NCBI GenBank assembly: GCA_965262715.1
Contig: OZ253553.1
Coordinates: forward strand, 480,001-544,000
Length of the DNA stretch: 64,000 nucleotides
Origin: Bdellovibrionales bacterium
GTDB lineage: Bacteria > Bdellovibrionota > Bdellovibrionia > Bdellovibrionales > JAUICD01
Direction of reading: 5' to 3'
Below the pieces are notes generated by a model, which worked only from the letters and a program-made list of their open reading frames with translations, was not told the DNA's origin and searched no databases. This document shows positions 40,064 through 50,515 of the stretch, piece by piece. Made by a program: the position numbers and the translations under genes. The first letter of the stretch is position 1. Every line of letters starts with the position of its first letter.

Positions 40064-42676
40064 TTACTGAAAGGACTTGAGGACAAAACGTAGAATGCCG
40101 CCACTTTGGTAGTATTTTAATTCATTTGGTGTATCGATACGGCAAATTGTTGAAATATTTTTTTGACCTTTTTGCTGATCTTCTAAAGATACACTGATTT
40201 TTTGACCACATTGCAGGTTGTTCAGATCTAAGATATTCACTGTTTCTTCTCCTGTAACAGCAATTTGATCTTGATCACCTGTGATTTGTAGAGGTAAAAC
40301 TCCCATTCCGATAAGGTTAGAGCGATGGATCCTCTCAAAGCTTTTAGCAATAACTGCTTTAACACCTAAAAGAAGAGTTCCTTTAGCTGCCCAATCTCTA
40401 GAAGATCCCATACCATAGTTTTTGCCTGCAAATACCACTAATGGGATATTGTCGTTTTTATATTTCATAGCTGCATCAAAGATGCTCATGATTTCATTTT
40501 TATATTTAGTAAAACCTCCTTCAAGGCCGCCGGCCATTTGATTGCGGAGCCTTATATTGCCGAAAGTTCCTCTCATCATTACTTCGTGGTTCCCTCGCCT
40601 GGAGCCAAAAGAGTTAAATTGTGCATTTATCACACCTACACTGTTTAAATGGCCTGCAGCAGGAGTGTTTGGGGCAATGGCCCCTGCAGGAGAGATATGA
40701 TCTGTGGTGATATTGTCTGGCAGGACAGCCAAAATCCTTGCATCTTTGATATCAGACGTTTCATCTTTAACATTATCTTCAAAAAATGGTGGTTTTTTGA
40801 TGTAGTTGCTATCTTTTTGCCACTGATAACAGATGGTTTCTGGTGTGTGCATCTCTTGCCATACTTTGGAACCTTCAAAAACATTTTTATATTTTTGTTG
40901 AAACATTTCAGGTGTTAAAAATTGTTTCAAAACGCTTTGAACTTCTTCATTTTTTGGCCAAATATCTTTAAGGTAAATAGGTTTTCCAGATGAGCTATGA
41001 CCTATAGGGCCTTTATAAAGATCGATTTTCATAGAGCCTGCAAGCGCATAGGCCACCACTAAACAAGGAGATGCTAAATAATTGCATTTGGTTTGAGGAT
41101 TAACCCGTCCCTCAAAGTTTCTATTACCTGAAAGCACAGAACAAACAGTGAGGTCTTCAGCTGTAATAGCCTCAGAGATACGAGGTGGTAGAGGGCCTGA
41201 GTTACCAATACAAGTGGTACAGCCATATCCTACCAAATGAAACCCACAAGTATCTAACTCTTTTTGCAGGCCTGATTCTGTGAGGTAGGCAGTGACCACT
41301 TGAGACCCAGGTGCCAGTGAAGTTTTCACCCAAGGCTTAACTTTTAATCCAAGAGCATTTGCCTTTTTAGCAAGAAGCCCTGCAGCAATCATTACAGGAG
41401 GATTAGACGTATTTGTACAGCTTGTAATGGCTGCAATCACAACATCACCATCAGAGAGTTTGCCATCTTTTTCTTGAACTGATGGTTTAGAAACCTGTTT
41501 TTTCTCTTGCAAAAAATTTTTAAAAGCGGATGCTGCCTGTTTTAAGTCAATGCGATCTTGTGGTCTAAAAGGTCCTGCAATGGAAGACACAATATCTGAA
41601 ATGTTCAATTCAAGATGTGTCGTAAATTCTGGTGAAGGCTCGTCTGGATTGTACCAAAGTCCTTGTTTTTGGGCATATATCTTTACAATTTCGACTTGTT
41701 TTACGCTGCGGCCTGTGAATTTTAAGTAATTAAGGGTTTCTTGATCAATAGGAAAAAAGCCACATGTTGCGCCATATTCTGGAGACATATTTGAGATGGT
41801 AGCTCTATCAGCTAAAGAAAGGTGCTTTAAGCCAGGTCCATAAAACTCTACAAATTTTCCAACTACGCCTAATTTTCTTAATTTTTCTGTAATATAGAGA
41901 ACAAGGTCAGTTGCTGTAGAACCTTCTTTTAAGCTTCCTGTTAAGTAAACTCCTACAACATCAGGGATCAAAATACTAATGGGTTGTCCTAAGATGGCAG
42001 CTTCAGCTTCAATGCCTCCAACTCCCCAGCCCAAAACAGAAAGTCCATTGATCATAGTGGTATGACTATCTGTACCTACGAGGGTGTCTGGATAAATAAG
42101 GTTATTTTCTGTCCAGATGACCTTAGCTAAATATTCCAAATTGACTTGATGACAAATACCTGTTCCTGGAGGGACGACACGGAAATTCTTAAAAGCTTTC
42201 TGTCCCCATTTTAAAAATTCATAACGCTCTTTATTACGTTCAAATTCTCTTTTGACATTAAAATCAAAAGCCTTAGGTGAAGCAAATTGGTCAACACTTA
42301 CAGAATGGTCAATCACTAAATCTACAGGGATCAAAGGATTAATTTTTTGAGGATCATTAGAAAGAGCTTCTCTCATGGCAGCTAAATCCACAATAGCTGG
42401 AACGCCCGTAAAATCCTGCATCAAAACCCGGCAAGGGTGATAAGAAATAGAATGCTTTACAGATTTGTTATCTACCCAAGAAGCCAGTGTCTTTATATCA
42501 TCAGTAGTGACCGTCTCACCATCTTCAAAGCGCAAGAGATTTTCTAGGAGTATTTTAAGGCTTTTAGGTAAAGAATTAATGTTTCCATACTTTTCTGCTT
42601 TTTTAAGACTGTAATAATCATAATGAGTATTTCCAATGAGCAGCTTATCTTTTGTATCTAATGTATTTTTTGACAT
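40064..42676 (-). CDS. acnA: Aconitate hydratase A
   Basis: QDFTGVP, DHSV, GTDSHTT, AITSCTNTSN, GYGCTTCIGNSG, SGNRNFEGR, GSSRDWAAKG. Confidence 0.97.
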   Translation of the reverse strand: MSKNTLDTKDKLLIGNTHYDYYSLKKAEKYGNINSLPKSLKILLENLLRFEDGETVTTDDIKTLASWVDNKSVKHSISYHPCRVLMQDFTGVPAIVDLAAMREALSNDPQKINPLIPVDLVIDHSVSVDQFASPKAFDFNVKREFERNKERYEFLKWGQKAFKNFRVVPPGTGICHQVNLEYLAKVIWTENNLIYPDTLVGTDSHTTMINGLSVLGWGVGGIEAEAAILGQPISILIPDVVGVYLTGSLKEGSTATDLVLYITEKLRKLGVVGKFVEFYGPGLKHLSLADRATISNMSPEYGATCGFFPIDQETLNYLKFTGRSVKQVEIVKIYAQKQGLWYNPDEPSPEFTTHLELNISDIVSSIAGPFRPQDRIDLKQAASAFKNFLQEKKQVSKPSVQEKDGKLSDGDVVIAAITSCTNTSNPPVMIAAGLLAKKANALGLKVKPWVKTSLAPGSQVVTAYLTESGLQKELDTCGFHLVGYGCTTCIGNSGPLPPRISEAITAEDLTVCSVLSGNRNFEGRVNPQTKCNYLASPCLVVAYALAGSMKIDLYKGPIGHSSSGKPIYLKDIWPKNEEVQSVLKQFLTPEMFQQKYKNVFEGSKVWQEMHTPETICYQWQKDSNYIKKPPFFEDNVKDETSDIKDARILAVLPDNITTDHISPAGAIAPNTPAAGHLNSVGVINAQFNSFGSRRGNHEVMMRGTFGNIRLRNQMAGGLEGGFTKYKNEIMSIFDAAMKYKNDNIPLVVFAGKNYGMGSSRDWAAKGTLLLGVKAVIAKSFERIHRSNLIGMGVLPLQITGDQDQIAVTGEETVNILDLNNLQCGQKISVSLEDQQKGQKNISTICRIDTPNELKYYQSGGILRFVLKSFQ

Positions 42677-42923
42677 TTTTTATTTATCCTTTTTTCATTA
42701 TTAGCACTTTTTATATTAAGTAGAGAAGCAGCCTTAAATTAAGGAAATAATAACTCTTTTACAATCTTGCTATAAAATTTGCTAATGACTCTATCCATTA
42801 AGCTTTTTGCATTAAAATATTTTTTTATTGCATATTTCTTTTGTAGACATTAAGAGGTTATACATAACATTAAGTTGAAGTCATTCAAAAAATTAAACTT
42901 TCTCTATTGAAGGAGGGTGTATT

Positions 42924-44126
42924 ATGAGGGTTTTTTCTTTATTTGTAGCTTTTGTCTTTTCGGCGGCTGGAATATCTGCTTTTGCGGCAACAGATGCGAT
43001 AAGTACAGATGATGATATAAATGTAGTAGCGGTAAGTGATGGCAACACCTCTGTCATTTCTAATGAAATATCTGAACGTGATTTGTCTTCTAATATTTCT
43101 CTAGATGACAGCTTAAATACTGAAGATAAAGATGAAGGAGATGATAAGGAAGATAGTAAAGGAGAGGACAAACTTAGTTATATGTTTGCAGAAGTAGATG
43201 TTGAAAATGCTAAAGGCGAGCAGGCAGAAGGTGGTGATCAAGCAGTAGATGCAGGTCAAGTAACAACAGAAGAAGCAAATTCAGAGGCAGCTCCTCAGCA
43301 AGAGGAAGAAGTTGTAGCTGATGACAAGCCCTCAAGATGGAGTCTATACGTTGAGTTTTGGGAGGAAGATAAGTTTGATAAAGGAAGCTTGGAAACTTAT
43401 GCGACTATACGTCCTCAGTATCAGCTAACAGATAAATTAAGATTAGGATTCTCTTTTGAAAGCACTGTACAATGGGCTGCATTTGGTAATAAGAAGACTA
43501 CCGAATATAAAATGGGTGACCATTACTTGATGTTAGGTACTTCCACGGCTTTAGGACCTTTTGACTTATATGGTTATATGAGGATTTATTTGCCCACATC
43601 CGAAACGACTATGGCTATAGGCCGGATAGCTCGTGTGCGTATAAAACCTTATTTAACATTTCCTGTATCTAGAAATGTCAAGTTTGCATTCAGGCTAGAA
43701 ACTAATTACTTCCAGCACACTGTAGATTCTTTTAGAAATGCAGAGGCTGACACTAATTGTAACAGTGCTCAATATTGTTCTGATGTTAATGAACAATGGA
43801 GAATAGAGCCTCTGGCTGGTTTTTTAGGTAAAATCTATGGCCCTTTCTCTTTTGAAAGTATACATGGTTTTCGATTTCATTCCTATTTTGAAAACAACAC
43901 TGTTGATACTAAAAATCAGAAAAAAGGCCATGAAGTTAAGTGGTATAATGAATCAGGTGTTACGTGGGATGTTAACATAGGTGGTGTACCTGTCACCTTT
44001 TTGGCTGGTTTTTATGACCATCGTGCAACAGGAGGTTCTTTCTTAAAGAGATTACCTATTGTTTCTTATTTTACAGGGCCTCATGAAGAATCTTATTGGG
44101 TATTTTCCATTTGGGCTTCTATTTAA
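42924..44126 (+). CDS. Putative outer-membrane protein (acidic N-terminus, beta-strand-rich C-terminus)
   Basis: Signal peptide, amphipathic aromatic-rich strands, ends WVFSIWASI. Confidence 0.65.
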   Translation: MRVFSLFVAFVFSAAGISAFAATDAISTDDDINVVAVSDGNTSVISNEISERDLSSNISLDDSLNTEDKDEGDDKEDSKGEDKLSYMFAEVDVENAKGEQAEGGDQAVDAGQVTTEEANSEAAPQQEEEVVADDKPSRWSLYVEFWEEDKFDKGSLETYATIRPQYQLTDKLRLGFSFESTVQWAAFGNKKTTEYKMGDHYLMLGTSTALGPFDLYGYMRIYLPTSETTMAIGRIARVRIKPYLTFPVSRNVKFAFRLETNYFQHTVDSFRNAEADTNCNSAQYCSDVNEQWRIEPLAGFLGKIYGPFSFESIHGFRFHSYFENNTVDTKNQKKGHEVKWYNESGVTWDVNIGGVPVTFLAGFYDHRATGGSFLKRLPIVSYFTGPHEESYWVFSIWASI

Positions 44127-44156
44127 TTAGTTAATGTCTGACTTAAAAAATCAATA

Positions 44157-44192
44157 AAACTGTGTGTATAGCAGGTGCTATACACACAGTTT
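44157..44192. terminator. Bidirectional intrinsic terminator
   Basis: AAACTGTGTGTATAGCA-GG-TGCTATACACACAGTTT between convergent genes. Confidence 0.8.
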
Positions 44193-44195
44193 ATT

Positions 44196-44927
44196 TTAAG
44201 CTAAAGAAGAATTAGTTTTTAAGTACTGAAGCTCTTCTATAAACTGCTTTCGTATTTTTTCTTTAAGTTCATGTCGATCCTTGATATCTTTGCCTTTAGT
44301 AGAAAGAGCTGGCAGAATAGAGATTTTGACTTGAGGTGATTTGAGGTTTAATAATAAACTTTTTTTAGGAAGAATACCTGTATTTCCATAAATCAGAACG
44401 GGCAATAATGGAGCTTGTGCTTGAATAGCAAAAGCAAATGGCCCACTTTTAAACTCCCTAATGTTTAAAGTATCAGATCGGCCTCCTTCAGGAGACAGCG
44501 CAATACTTTTTCCGCTGTGTACTTTTGAAATAGATTCGAGGTAGATTTTTTGTGTTTTTTTAGCATTACCTCGTGTGATGGGCAGTGTGCCTATTTTTCG
44601 CATAAAAGAAGAAAAAACTGGAATGCGAAATAGTTCTATTTTTGCGCCAAAACGTAAAGAAATATGAGATCCTAGATAAGCTTGAAGGACTAAGATATCT
44701 AACAGGCTAGTGTGATTAAATAGAAGTATATTGCCTTGATGTGGTATATTCTTTTCTCCTGTAAGGGTGACAGAAATACCACAGTTTTTTAGGGCTTTCA
44801 TGGACCAATATTGCAAAAACTTATCTAATTTTATGGGTTTAAGATAGATAAAATAAAAAGATAGGAAGCAACCAATAACTATCCATATAAATGAGTATCC
44901 TGTAAAAAAAACATTTCTAAACTTCAT
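44196..44927 (-). CDS. plsC: 1-acyl-sn-glycerol-3-phosphate acyltransferase
   Basis: NHTSLLD, AKIELF, PEGGRS, FKSG. Confidence 0.88.
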   Translation of the reverse strand: MKFRNVFFTGYSFIWIVIGCFLSFYFIYLKPIKLDKFLQYWSMKALKNCGISVTLTGEKNIPHQGNILLFNHTSLLDILVLQAYLGSHISLRFGAKIELFRIPVFSSFMRKIGTLPITRGNAKKTQKIYLESISKVHSGKSIALSPEGGRSDTLNIREFKSGPFAFAIQAQAPLLPVLIYGNTGILPKKSLLLNLKSPQVKISILPALSTKGKDIKDRHELKEKIRKQFIEELQYLKTNSSLA

Positions 44928-44995
44928 TATTCCTTCTCAAAAATAAATAAACTTTTATCTATGGACTGGTTACCTTTTTAATAAGTTCTTGAAAC

Positions 44996-45154
44996 TAAAA
45001 GTTTAAGGTAGGCTTCTTTCATAGGCAGCAGGCATCCCCCGTGCCTTGTATTACTGTCACTTTGTGATTTATTATAGAATAAAATATTTTATACAAGCCT
45101 TGCATCCTAAGGCACTGGCCTAGGCCTATTTCAGAAACCTACCTTAAACTTTTA
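44996..45154. repeat. Long-hairpin dispersed element family B, copy 2
   Basis: 17-bp outer stem TAAAAGTTTAAGGTAGG; core homologous to 19212-19364. Confidence 0.7.
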
Positions 45155-45212
45155 ATCCTAAGTTTTTTATCATTGACTTGTCCAAGATAGCCTTTCAAAA
45201 GGTAATCAGTCC

Positions 45213-47279
45213 CTAATGAAGTTCTAAATCTAAAAGCTCTAAATGTTTGATTTTATCTCTTAAGCGGGCTGCTTCTTCAAATTCTAAATTTTTAGAGGCT
45301 TTCTTCATTTGAGTTTTCATCTCCTTAATATCTTTTGAAATCTGAGAAGGTTGGGTCTTGTATTCTTCATAGAGTTTTGTTGGTATATCCACAGAATCTG
45401 TAAGAGGAAAATCTTTTTGACTATGAACCTCTATTAAACCTGCTGCAATATTTTTCTGTATGGTTTGAGGGGTGATATTGTGTTTTATATTATAATCTTC
45501 TTGAAGCTTGCGTCTCCTATTTGTTTCTTTTATAGATTTTTTTATAGAATCTGTTTTAATATCAGCGTATAAAATGACTTGCCCATTTACATTTCTGGCA
45601 GCTCGTCCCATAGTTTGTATTAAAGCCTGAGCCGACCTTAAAAAACCTTCCTTATCTGCATCTAAAACGGCAACTAAGCTGACTTCAGGCAGATCAAGTC
45701 CTTCTCTTAAAAGATTGATGCCAACGAGAACATCAAAAACTCCTAACCTTAAATCTCTTAGAATTTCTGTTCTTTCTACTGTCTTGATGTCACTGTGCAG
45801 GTATTTTACTTTTAAGCCAATGTTTTGATAATGTTCACTTAAGTCTTCTGCGCTTTTTTTCGTTAAAGTAGTGACAAGAACTCTTTCTTTTCTTCGAGTA
45901 ACTTTTTTGATCTCAGATAAAAGATCATCTACTTGATGTTTAGCAGGCTTTATTCTTACAATAGGATCTAACAGTCCTGTTGGTCGAATGATCTGTTCTA
46001 CAACACATCCTAAAGATTTTTGAAACTCATAATCCCCAGGAGTAGCCGATACATAAAGAGTCTTATGTAAGAAGTTATTAAATTCGTCAAAGTTTAAAGG
46101 ACGGTTATCTAAAGCTGAAGGCAGTCTAAAACCGTGTTCTACAAGATTGGTTTTACGAGACCGATCCCCGTGAGACATAGCTCTTAACTGAGGTAAAGTC
46201 ATGTGGCTTTCATCCACAATACATAAAAAATTCTTTGGAAAGTATTCAAGCAGTGTTGGAGGATGTTCACCTGGTTTTCGTCCTGTAAAATGTCTGGAGT
46301 AGTTTTCTATACCATGGCAAAAACCCATCTCTTGAATCATCTCAATGTCATAATAAGTTCTTTGTTCTAATCTTTGAGCTTCTAATAACCTCATATTGTT
46401 TTTTAAATTTTGCAATCGCTGTTGCAACTCCTCTTGTATAGAAACAATAGCTTTTTTTGTTATCTCTTCTGTATTGACATGATGGCTTCCTGGGTAGATA
46501 TGGATAATATCCATCTTCGAAAGAGTTGTTCCTCTTATTGGGTCTATCCATGATATCTGCTCAATATAATTTCCAAAAAACTCTACTCTGATGGCACGAT
46601 CTTCTTCATAGGGAGGGTGAATATCTACCACATCTCCTTTGACGCGAAAAGTCCCTCTGTGGAAGTCAATGTCATTTCTGTCATATAAGATACGAACAAG
46701 CTCCTTTAAAAAAGTATCCCTATTTAGCTTTTCATTGACTTTGATAGAGACTTTCATTGTTTGATAGGCCTCAGGAGATCCAAGTCCATAAATACAGGAA
46801 ACACTGCTGACAATAACAACATCTTTATGTTCAAAGAGAGAATGGGTCGCAGAGTGTCTCATTCTGTCGATTTGATCATTGATTGAAGAGTCTTTTTCTA
46901 TAAAAGTATCACTGGCAGGTAAGTAAGCTTCAGGTTGATAGTAATCATAATAACTTACAAAGTATTCAACAGCGCTACGTGGAAAGAGAGATTTAAATTC
47001 AGTAAAGAGTTGGGCAGCTAGAGTCTTATTATGAGCTAAAATCAATGTAGGTAATTTTAATTTCTGTATGACATGTGCCATAGTGAAAGTTTTTCCAGAG
47101 CCTGTAACTCCTAGTAAGGTTTGGTGATCTAATTCTTTAAAACTTTGAATAAGAGAATCTATGGCTTGAGGTTGATCTCCTGCAGGTGAATAATCAGCTA
47201 CAATTTGAAAAGCTGACTTTGTGCTTTGAGGATTTTTGACTTTATCTCTTAATCCGTTTTGTATTTTTTGATGGTCCAT
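45213..47279 (-). CDS. uvrB: Excinuclease ABC subunit B
   Basis: [33 protein letters not shown]-terminal UVR domain. Confidence 0.97.
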   Translation of the reverse strand: MDHQKIQNGLRDKVKNPQSTKSAFQIVADYSPAGDQPQAIDSLIQSFKELDHQTLLGVTGSGKTFTMAHVIQKLKLPTLILAHNKTLAAQLFTEFKSLFPRSAVEYFVSYYDYYQPEAYLPASDTFIEKDSSINDQIDRMRHSATHSLFEHKDVVIVSSVSCIYGLGSPEAYQTMKVSIKVNEKLNRDTFLKELVRILYDRNDIDFHRGTFRVKGDVVDIHPPYEEDRAIRVEFFGNYIEQISWIDPIRGTTLSKMDIIHIYPGSHHVNTEEITKKAIVSIQEELQQRLQNLKNNMRLLEAQRLEQRTYYDIEMIQEMGFCHGIENYSRHFTGRKPGEHPPTLLEYFPKNFLCIVDESHMTLPQLRAMSHGDRSRKTNLVEHGFRLPSALDNRPLNFDEFNNFLHKTLYVSATPGDYEFQKSLGCVVEQIIRPTGLLDPIVRIKPAKHQVDDLLSEIKKVTRRKERVLVTTLTKKSAEDLSEHYQNIGLKVKYLHSDIKTVERTEILRDLRLGVFDVLVGINLLREGLDLPEVSLVAVLDADKEGFLRSAQALIQTMGRAARNVNGQVILYADIKTDSIKKSIKETNRRRKLQEDYNIKHNITPQTIQKNIAAGLIEVHSQKDFPLTDSVDIPTKLYEEYKTQPSQISKDIKEMKTQMKKASKNLEFEEAARLRDKIKHLELLDLELH

Positions 47280-48745
47280 GTTGTTTCACTTATTTGTTTG
47301 TTACCTTCTTTTGAAGTTTCTTTTTTTGCATCGTATATTTCTATACCTTTTTGTAAAAGTATATCTCTAATCTTATCACTCTTTTGATAATCTTTATTTA
47401 AGCGAGCCTCATCTCTCTCTTTGATCATTTGATCAATATCTTCCCTTTTGATGTTTTGTTTGGCTAGTGATATATCTTCTAGTTTTCTTAAAAAGGTATC
47501 AGGATCTTCTTGAAAGAGAGCTAAAAGAGCTCCTTGCTTTTTAATAAACGATTGAAAAGTTTTTGCAGCTTCAGAAAGTTGCTTTAAATGGTCACTATCT
47601 TGAGAAAGAGCATTAAAAGCTCTTATGACTTCAAAGATATGCGCAAACATTTGAGGAGTGTTAAAATCATCATTAAGAGCTTCTGTGATTTTATCTTGGG
47701 TTGTATTTATGAGTGTTACAAATTCTTTAGGTGGGCTTTGAGAGAGGTGGCTTTGGGTTTTACCAGCAAAAGATAGTGCTGAGTAGATGCGCATAAGTCC
47801 CATAATAGCATTTTGTATTTGATCTTCTGAAAACATAGAAGGAGAACGGTAATGGCTGATTAACATCATATATTTTAAAATTTCAGGGTGATGGTTTTGA
47901 AGAAAGTCACGGGTAGATATGATATTTCCTAAAGATTTTGACATTTTTTCTGATCCAAATTGGATCAAGTGGTGGTGCATCCAGTATTTTACAAATGTTT
48001 TTTCTGATGATCCTTCACTCTGAGCAACTTCGTTTTCATGATGTGGAAAGATAAGGTCCATTCCTCCTCCATGGATATCAATTGTTTCACCCAGCAGTTT
48101 ACAGCTCATCACAGAACACTCAATGTGCCAACCAGGTCGACCTCTTCCCCAAGGAGAGTTCCAACCAGGAATATCCTCTTTACTGGGTTTCCAGAGGGTA
48201 AAGTCCAGTGGGTTTTGTTTTTGATCATTGATTTCTATTCTAGCTCCAGCTTGCAGCTCTCCCACATCCTTTCCAGAAAGTTTGCCATATTCTAAGAAGT
48301 TCTTAATGCAATAAAAAACCTCTCCGCTAGTAGTTATATAGGCTCGCTTCTTTTCTATCAGCTTTTGTATCATGGCAATCATGTCTTCTATGTGATCAGT
48401 AGCCCTTGGATTATGTGTGTGTGGTTTTAGACCTAAAGATTTATAGTCTTTTTCAAATTCATAAATATATTTTTCAGCTATATCTTTAGTAGGTAAAGAT
48501 TCTTTTTGGGCTTTGTTGATGATTTTATCATCAATATCTGTATAATTATAAACATAAGTGACTTGATAATTGAGATGTTCTAACCAGTTTCTCACTAAGT
48601 TAAAAAAAATAGCTCCACGAAAATTGCCTATGTGTAAAAAATCATAAACAGTTGGACCACAAACGTACATGCGAACTTTATTACTTTCGATAGGCTTAAA
48701 TCGAACTTTTTTTTTGCTGAGTGTATTGTAAATGTTAAGAGACAT
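47249..48745 (-). CDS. cysS: Cysteine-tRNA ligase
   Basis: [23 protein letters not shown]. Confidence 0.97.
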   Translation of the reverse strand: MSLNIYNTLSKKKVRFKPIESNKVRMYVCGPTVYDFLHIGNFRGAIFFNLVRNWLEHLNYQVTYVYNYTDIDDKIINKAQKESLPTKDIAEKYIYEFEKDYKSLGLKPHTHNPRATDHIEDMIAMIQKLIEKKRAYITTSGEVFYCIKNFLEYGKLSGKDVGELQAGARIEINDQKQNPLDFTLWKPSKEDIPGWNSPWGRGRPGWHIECSVMSCKLLGETIDIHGGGMDLIFPHHENEVAQSEGSSEKTFVKYWMHHHLIQFGSEKMSKSLGNIISTRDFLQNHHPEILKYMMLISHYRSPSMFSEDQIQNAIMGLMRIYSALSFAGKTQSHLSQSPPKEFVTLINTTQDKITEALNDDFNTPQMFAHIFEVIRAFNALSQDSDHLKQLSEAAKTFQSFIKKQGALLALFQEDPDTFLRKLEDISLAKQNIKREDIDQMIKERDEARLNKDYQKSDKIRDILLQKGIEIYDAKKETSKEGNKQISETTWTIKKYKTD

Positions 48746-48771
48746 ATAATAGGGGTTCGAACCTTATAAAG

Positions 48772-49176
48772 TTATCGTTTAGAATATTGAAACCTTCTTC
48801 TGGCACCTCTCAATCCATATTTCTTTCTTTCCACCATACGTGAGTCTCTTGTTAGTAACCCTTCTTTTTTGAGAACTGGACGCAACTCCTGATTAAAAGC
48901 CAGTAAAGCGCGGGCAATACCATGCCTGATAGCTCCAGCTTGTCCTGATTCGCCTCCACCTTTTACAGTGATTTTTAGGTCAACTGAGGTGTTGACTTGG
49001 GATTTAATAAGAACGAGGGGTTGGTTGATAATGGCTCTAGACGCTATTTTTTTTAAGTATAAAGTAGGCTTTTTCCCATTGATAGTCACTTGTCCAGAGC
49101 CCGATTTTAAAAAAACACGTGCTGCACTGGTTTTTCTCCGACCTGTAGCATAATAAACTTTTTGGGCTTGTGCCAT
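48772..49176 (-). CDS. rpsI: 30S ribosomal protein S9
   Basis: TGRRK, GGGESGQAGAIRHG, ERKKYG..ARR..QYSKR. Confidence 0.98.
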   Translation of the reverse strand: MAQAQKVYYATGRRKTSAARVFLKSGSGQVTINGKKPTLYLKKIASRAIINQPLVLIKSQVNTSVDLKITVKGGGESGQAGAIRHGIARALLAFNQELRPVLKKEGLLTRDSRMVERKKYGLRGARRRFQYSKR

Positions 49177-49225
49177 AATATCTCCTTTAATACTCGCCTA
49201 CATGTAGGCATCAATGAAATTGCTG

Positions 49226-49684
49226 TTACGAAGGAAGAACAAGAACCTCTGGTCTTTGCGCTTGATGAGGATGTGCTGGACCTCCATAAAGTTTAAGCTT
49301 TTTTAATATTTTTTGAGCAAGCTTGTTTTTAGGTAACATACCTTGTACAGCTTTATAAAGAACTTTTTCAGGTTTAGAAGAGTTTAAGATTTTTTCAGCT
49401 GTTTTTTGCTTTAATGATCCGATAAAGCGAGAGCGAGTGTAATATAACTTTTCACTTGGCTTTTGGCCTGTTAAATGAACCTGTGCAGCATTAATGACAA
49501 TGACAAAGTCTCCCATATCTGTATGAGGGGTAAATAGGGGCTTGTTTTTACCCCTTAAAATGGTAGCAATTTGAGTGGCCATACGCCCTACTTTTTGGTC
49601 TTTACCATCTATCAACCACCACTTTTCTGCTTGATCCACATAGCCTCTATGGCCTTTTTGGTTTGTAAAAGATTGTGTCTGCAT
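49226..49684 (-). CDS. rplM: 50S ribosomal protein L13
   Basis: GR.A..IA..LRGK.KP.FTPH.D.GD, GMLPKN, HPHQAQ. Confidence 0.98.
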   Translation of the reverse strand: MQTQSFTNQKGHRGYVDQAEKWWLIDGKDQKVGRMATQIATILRGKNKPLFTPHTDMGDFVIVINAAQVHLTGQKPSEKLYYTRSRFIGSLKQKTAEKILNSSKPEKVLYKAVQGMLPKNKLAQKILKKLKLYGGPAHPHQAQRPEVLVLPS

Positions 49685-49813
49685 AGGTCAATTACCCTTA
49701 TAATTGTTATATTTATATATTTTAGAGCATTAAACTATGTTATTCAAGCCTCTTTTGTCAAACCTTTTACTCAGGTTTGTTTCATTCAAATAAAATAAGC
49801 GTTTAGCTAAGGG

Positions 49814-49962
49814 CTGTTTCAGTAAAAGTGCATCTCGCCTCTGGCGACTTTTTGGCAGTAAGCCTGGCGGTTAGAACCGTCGGCAAATAGCTTACTGCCT
49901 AGAAAGGCTAATGCATTTTAGTAGGGAGGATCTTCTTGTTTCTTAACACAATGTTAGGGAAA
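49814..49962 (-). repeat. Structured element family A copy (diverged)
   Basis: GGCAGTAAGC/GCTTACTGCC and TCGCC-AGA-GGCGA stems; same terminal motifs. Confidence 0.75.
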
Positions 49963-50091
49963 TTTTATTCTTGCCATCGGATCAGTACCTAGATTTATTT
50001 CATGGACAATCCTCAAAGAGGCTCACCTCGAGAGGCTCACCTCGAGAGGCTTGTCTTCTATTCATTTTGAGTAAAACAGAATGAAGGAAAT

Positions 50092-50253
50092 TTTCTTTAA
50101 CATGATGTAAAAGAATGAAGATATTCTCCTTACTTAAAATAAATGGATTTTTGAGGCAGTCAGCATTTTGTTGACGGGGATACATCCCGTAGTGTTAACC
50201 GTCAAGTTGGCTGCCCAAAAACAACCAGAGGTTGATTTATTTTGAGTGAAATA
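50092..50253 (+). repeat. Structured element family A copy, preceded by a partial copy (~50017-50078) and followed by a TIR-like end (~50305-50319)
   Basis: ACTTAAAATAAAT/ATTTATTTTGAGT, GGCAGTCAGC/GTTGGCTGCC, TTGACGG/CCGTCAA, CAACC-AGA-GGTTG. Confidence 0.75.
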
Positions 50254-50515
50254 AATTAAATACAAAACTGGTATCTTTTTTAAAACTTTTCTCTCTAGGA
50301 GCATTTTTGAGATGGCTTTTATTATATTTTTTGATAATAATAAAAATTACTTAGCTATTAATGACTTAAAAAGCATAGATAAACTTTAAAGGAGCTTTGG
50401 AACGACTGATTTAAGTGTGTAAATAATTCATAGTTTGTGATATATAACTATTTCTTTTTTACATACAAGTTGTTTGCTATTGATAATTTGGTTGAATTTT
50501 GATATAAGACCGGAC